A stretch of 64,000 bases of DNA from Coleofasciculus sp. B1-GNL1-01 (GTDB taxonomy: Bacteria > Cyanobacteriota > Cyanobacteriia > Cyanobacteriales > Coleofasciculaceae), in NCBI GenBank assembly GCA_040220235.1, contig JAVJTO010000108.1; one strand, written 5' to 3'. Below the pieces are notes generated by a model. That model did not search any database, was not told the DNA's origin, and was given only the letters and a program-made list of their open reading frames with translations. The number at the start of each line of letters is the position of its first letter. The first letter of the stretch is position 1. Of the stretch, positions 61,076 through 64,000 are shown one piece after another. The position numbers and the translations under genes were made by a program.

Positions 61076-62746
61076 TCAAACATCTACCCGCATCTGAGAA
61101 AAACGGATGAACTTAGCCATAAGTTTGCGTTTCTGGAACGGGGATTTTTTATGTAGTAGAGTCTGAAATACGGTTAACCCCCGGTTTTGCCATTCCTGGG
61201 CTGCTGTGTCTTGGTTTAAACCCCATAAGATGCGAATTAGGTTTTGTAGAACCTCTAAATGCCATTCAGGATAGATATCTGGGGTAAGGGTAATCAAGGC
61301 TTGGTGATATTCAGTTAAGGCTTTCTGCCAATAGTCCCGGTAATTTGGCTGATACTTTCCTTCCTGATAGTGGGCATTTCCTATTGCTTGATGTAATCGT
61401 CCCCAACCTTCGGGGTGAGTGTTTTGGGGACAATGGTTTAAGCCTTGCTGATACGATAACAATTGCCCTTGATAACCGTATTGAGTCTCAATGGGATTAG
61501 ACACGATTGGGGAGACATTGGGAAATTGTAACGGTACAACCGCCGCCGCTTCGGGGTTATAGTTCCAGGAATTTCCAAGGACAATTCCCCGGTTTATCCA
61601 AGCTTGGTGCAAATCGGGTTTAATTTGAATCGCTTGATCAAACGATGCGATCGCCTGTTCATACTCTCCTAACCTAAACAGTGCCACACCCCGGTTATGC
61701 CAAGCGTCGTGGAAGTCAGAGTTGATTTGAATCGCTTGATCATAATTCGCGATCGCCTCTTCCTGTTTCCCTAACTCAGCTAGCGCCACCCCCCGGTTGT
61801 TCCAAGCGTCGTGGAAGTCAGAGTTGATTTGAATCGCTTGATCATAATTCGCGATCGCCTCTTCCTTTTCTCCTAAATCTGACAGCGCATTACCCCGATT
61901 CGTCCAAGCTTGGTAGAAGTCGGGTTTGATTTGAATGGCTTGATCATAATTCGCGATCGCCTGTTCATATTCTCCTAACTTCACCAATCCATTTCCCCGG
62001 TTGTACCAATATTTGTGATTATCGGGTTTTAGTTCAATGGCTTTATCAAAGGATACCAGCGCTTTTTCGTTTTCCCCTAACTTCGCCAAGGCATCACCTC
62101 GATTTTGCCAAACTTCGTGATTATCGGGTTTTAGTTCGATGGCTTTGTCAAAAGATACCAGCGCTTTTTCGTTTTCCCCTAACTTCACTAAGGCATTTCC
62201 CTTGTTGTACCAAGCTTTGGAGTTATCGGGCTGGATTTCAGTGGCGTTTTCAAAGGATGTGATAGCACTGAGAAAATTCTGATCTGCAAATTGCTGATTC
62301 CCTCGATTCAAGCATACTTCTGCTTCATCAGTTTCTGCATTTTCGCTTTTCCCCTCGTCTTCCTCCCTTTTCCCCGCAGGTTTCGCCAATAAATCCCTGC
62401 CAATATCTGCGGCAATTTCCCCCAATTCCCCACACCCCAATCGACTCAACTGCAGCAACTGACAAGCTAACCGATGATCCGCCTCTGGCAATTGCCGCAA
62501 CTGCTTCCCATACTCCAGCAGCCATGCTCTAAAATAGCGATCATTGATCCGATGTCCCAAATGTTGCGATACTTGTTCTGGTTTCCATCCCTGACTCACT
62601 CCAGTTAGCAGTTGCTCAAATAGCTGCTGATAGTCTGCATCACTGAGACGTTGAAGTTTCACCCGTTGATATTTTCTCCGTTTAAGGCAGGGTGGTAAGA
62701 TTGGCTGAATCAGACGCACTAGCCACCGCCAAAACCGCTTAACCAT
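61076..62746 (-). CDS. TPR-repeat protein, possibly C-terminally truncated
   Basis: About eight 34-aa repeats (W.NRG.AL..LG..E.A...D.AI); ends abruptly next to REP/MITE DNA. Confidence 0.85.
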   Translation of the reverse strand: MVKRFWRWLVRLIQPILPPCLKRRKYQRVKLQRLSDADYQQLFEQLLTGVSQGWKPEQVSQHLGHRINDRYFRAWLLEYGKQLRQLPEADHRLACQLLQLSRLGCGELGEIAADIGRDLLAKPAGKREEDEGKSENAETDEAEVCLNRGNQQFADQNFLSAITSFENATEIQPDNSKAWYNKGNALVKLGENEKALVSFDKAIELKPDNHEVWQNRGDALAKLGENEKALVSFDKAIELKPDNHKYWYNRGNGLVKLGEYEQAIANYDQAIQIKPDFYQAWTNRGNALSDLGEKEEAIANYDQAIQINSDFHDAWNNRGVALAELGKQEEAIANYDQAIQINSDFHDAWHNRGVALFRLGEYEQAIASFDQAIQIKPDLHQAWINRGIVLGNSWNYNPEAAAVVPLQFPNVSPIVSNPIETQYGYQGQLLSYQQGLNHCPQNTHPEGWGRLHQAIGNAHYQEGKYQPNYRDYWQKALTEYHQALITLTPDIYPEWHLEVLQNLIRILWGLNQDTAAQEWQNRGLTVFQTLLHKKSPFQKRKLMAKFIRFSQMRVDV

Positions 62747-63079
62747 CTGTTTTCTTAGAAAAAGGTTTATTTTACTTTATCGTATTTTAATTCAGGGCTT
62801 CGTGCCACCCAGCTATCAAACTCGCAAAAGTTTTGAGGGTTCCAGATGCGCTATGGTTCGTCTGTAGGGGCGGGTTTGACTTTTATCGTTTCGGGTTTGT
62901 CCAAATGCAACAAAACCCGCCCCGCCTTAATGGTGTGGCACAGCTAAAATGGTGGAATAGATTGTAGGTTGGGTTTCGACTTCGCTCAACCCAACGGACT
63001 TTAGGCTAAAGCCCTTACTACAAACTCAATCTTATCCGTCAAGGATTCTGGAAAAGGGGTTAAAAGTTTGAGTTTCCTC

Positions 63080-63613
63080 ATGAGTACGCCAACTGATCAA
63101 GTAGTAATTATAACTCTACAACACCAGTTAACAGCAGCGAGAGCGAGTGGCGATCGCGTGGCGGAATGCGAAGCCCTGGGAAACTTAGGGATTGTCTATT
63201 ATCAGGGGGAACAATGGCAAGAGGCGATCGCGACTTTTACCGATTACCTTAATCTGGCAAAAAAGCTAGGACATCAGTGGCAAGAAGGGATAGCCTATTA
63301 TTACTTAGGATATACCTACAGAGCCATAGGGGAGTTGGCACAGGCAGTAGACGCATTCTGTGCAGCTTATTCGTTATCGCGTCAGTTTGGAAATCAGGAT
63401 GTTTTCTTGCCAGTTTGGGAACAGTTAAATGAGAGTGTTGAAGTTTATCTGAGCAAAAAAGAGCCAGAATTTTTAAACCGTCTACTGCCTCATCCGGCAA
63501 TTTTGACAAGTTTGCTAGGGTACGTTTACGCACTTTCTTTCCTTCGCGATAGGACTCGCGAAGTAATACGGCGGGTGGGGAATTTCGGTTCGGAACACGT
63601 TCTATGTACATGA
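63080..63613 (+). pseudogene. TPR protein whose 3' end is replaced by antisense IS1634 sequence
   Basis: ALGNLGIVYY..AYYYLGYTY TPRs up to ~63464; the rest of the ORF is the reverse complement of the IS1634 5' end. Confidence 0.7.
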
Positions 63614-63759
63614 CTACGATTATCCCACAGATTTTTCCCCAAAAGTCTTAAGAAAATCTTAAATATACATGGGTACGAATAAAGGGGGCTAATTGGTTCA
63701 AACGCTTACTTAGTCAGGGTTTAGGCTTCTATTGTCAATCGGGATGGGGGGAACTTCAG
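63465..63759 (-). mobile_element. IS1634-family remnant (left end + first ~49 transposase codons)
   Basis: MYIERVPNRNSPPAVLLRESYREGKKVRKRTLANLSKLP from ATG 63611; putative end ctgaagttcccc at 63759. Confidence 0.8.
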
Positions 63760-63875
63760 TCTAAGTCGTTATGTACCACTTTGGCTTTGCCATCTCTCAA
63801 CCAACGCCTAGCGCGGCTAGGTTTGGTGGGCATTAACGGCTTACCCGATTTTGATAAAACTGGTACTCGTAACAT
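63756..63875 (-). pseudogene. iscB: IscB-type (PLMP/RRXRR) N-terminal fragment cut at the IS1634 end
   Basis: [46 protein letters not shown]; the frame stops at the IS junction. IsrB cannot be excluded. Confidence 0.85.
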
Positions 63876-64000
63876 GGTGATAAACCTCCGAGTAAAAGTA
63901 TTTACATTGAGCGACTTGTATCGAGCGAAGTCGAGATAAGTCGAAATGTAGTCCCTTACCGCCATCTCAGTTAAGATGTCTTGGCTTAACAACAACCCGA
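63876..64000 (-). ncRNA. Putative 3' part of the IscB omegaRNA
   Basis: Lies directly upstream of iscB, where omegaRNAs are encoded; hairpin-capable (gttaag..cttaac; gccaagacatc..gatggc); runs off the window. Confidence 0.5.

Noticed and set aside
63249..63611. 120-aa ORF as an intact transposase
   Set aside because: Only the first ~49 residues are IS1634-like; the rest is antisense TPR sequence.
1..64000. High density of GCGATCGC; search for tRNA and rRNA genes
   Set aside because: HIP1 is an ordinary cyanobacterial feature; no tRNA or rRNA was recognised by eye.

Overview
A 64-kb chromosomal region. Abundant HIP1 (GCGATCGC), heptamer tandem repeats, GTAG-type REP palindromes and XisH/XisI, Uma2 and PEP-CTERM genes point to a filamentous cyanobacterium (inferred). 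(1) 1-14.6 kb: a co-oriented accessory cluster with three tandem-ILEI(GG)-domain proteins, a thrombospondin-C/LecA-like double lectin, a membrane-anchored polyprenyl synthase, a CrtC/tocopherol-cyclase-like protein, an internally duplicated unknown protein and a divergent GT1 glycosyltransferase. (2) 15-40 kb: XisH/XisI, Uma2 and DUF433/PIN toxin-antitoxin pairs interleaved with a TpsA-CHAT-DUF928-(AAA_35-CHASE2) module and a hybrid kinase/adenylate cyclase. (3) 42-60 kb: housekeeping and envelope genes (ilvB, lytic transglycosylase, lepB), plus an unassigned Pol-beta-type nucleotidyltransferase between a 2H phosphoesterase and a DEDDh exonuclease. (4) IS200/IS605 relics: a mini-element that keeps the likely TnpB omegaRNA end, a non-coding mini-element, and an iscB cut by IS1634. 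At least four MITE families are present, and several supply stop codons or C-termini to genes. No rRNA, tRNA or CRISPR array was recognised. All domain calls are by-eye motif recognition; no database searches were run.
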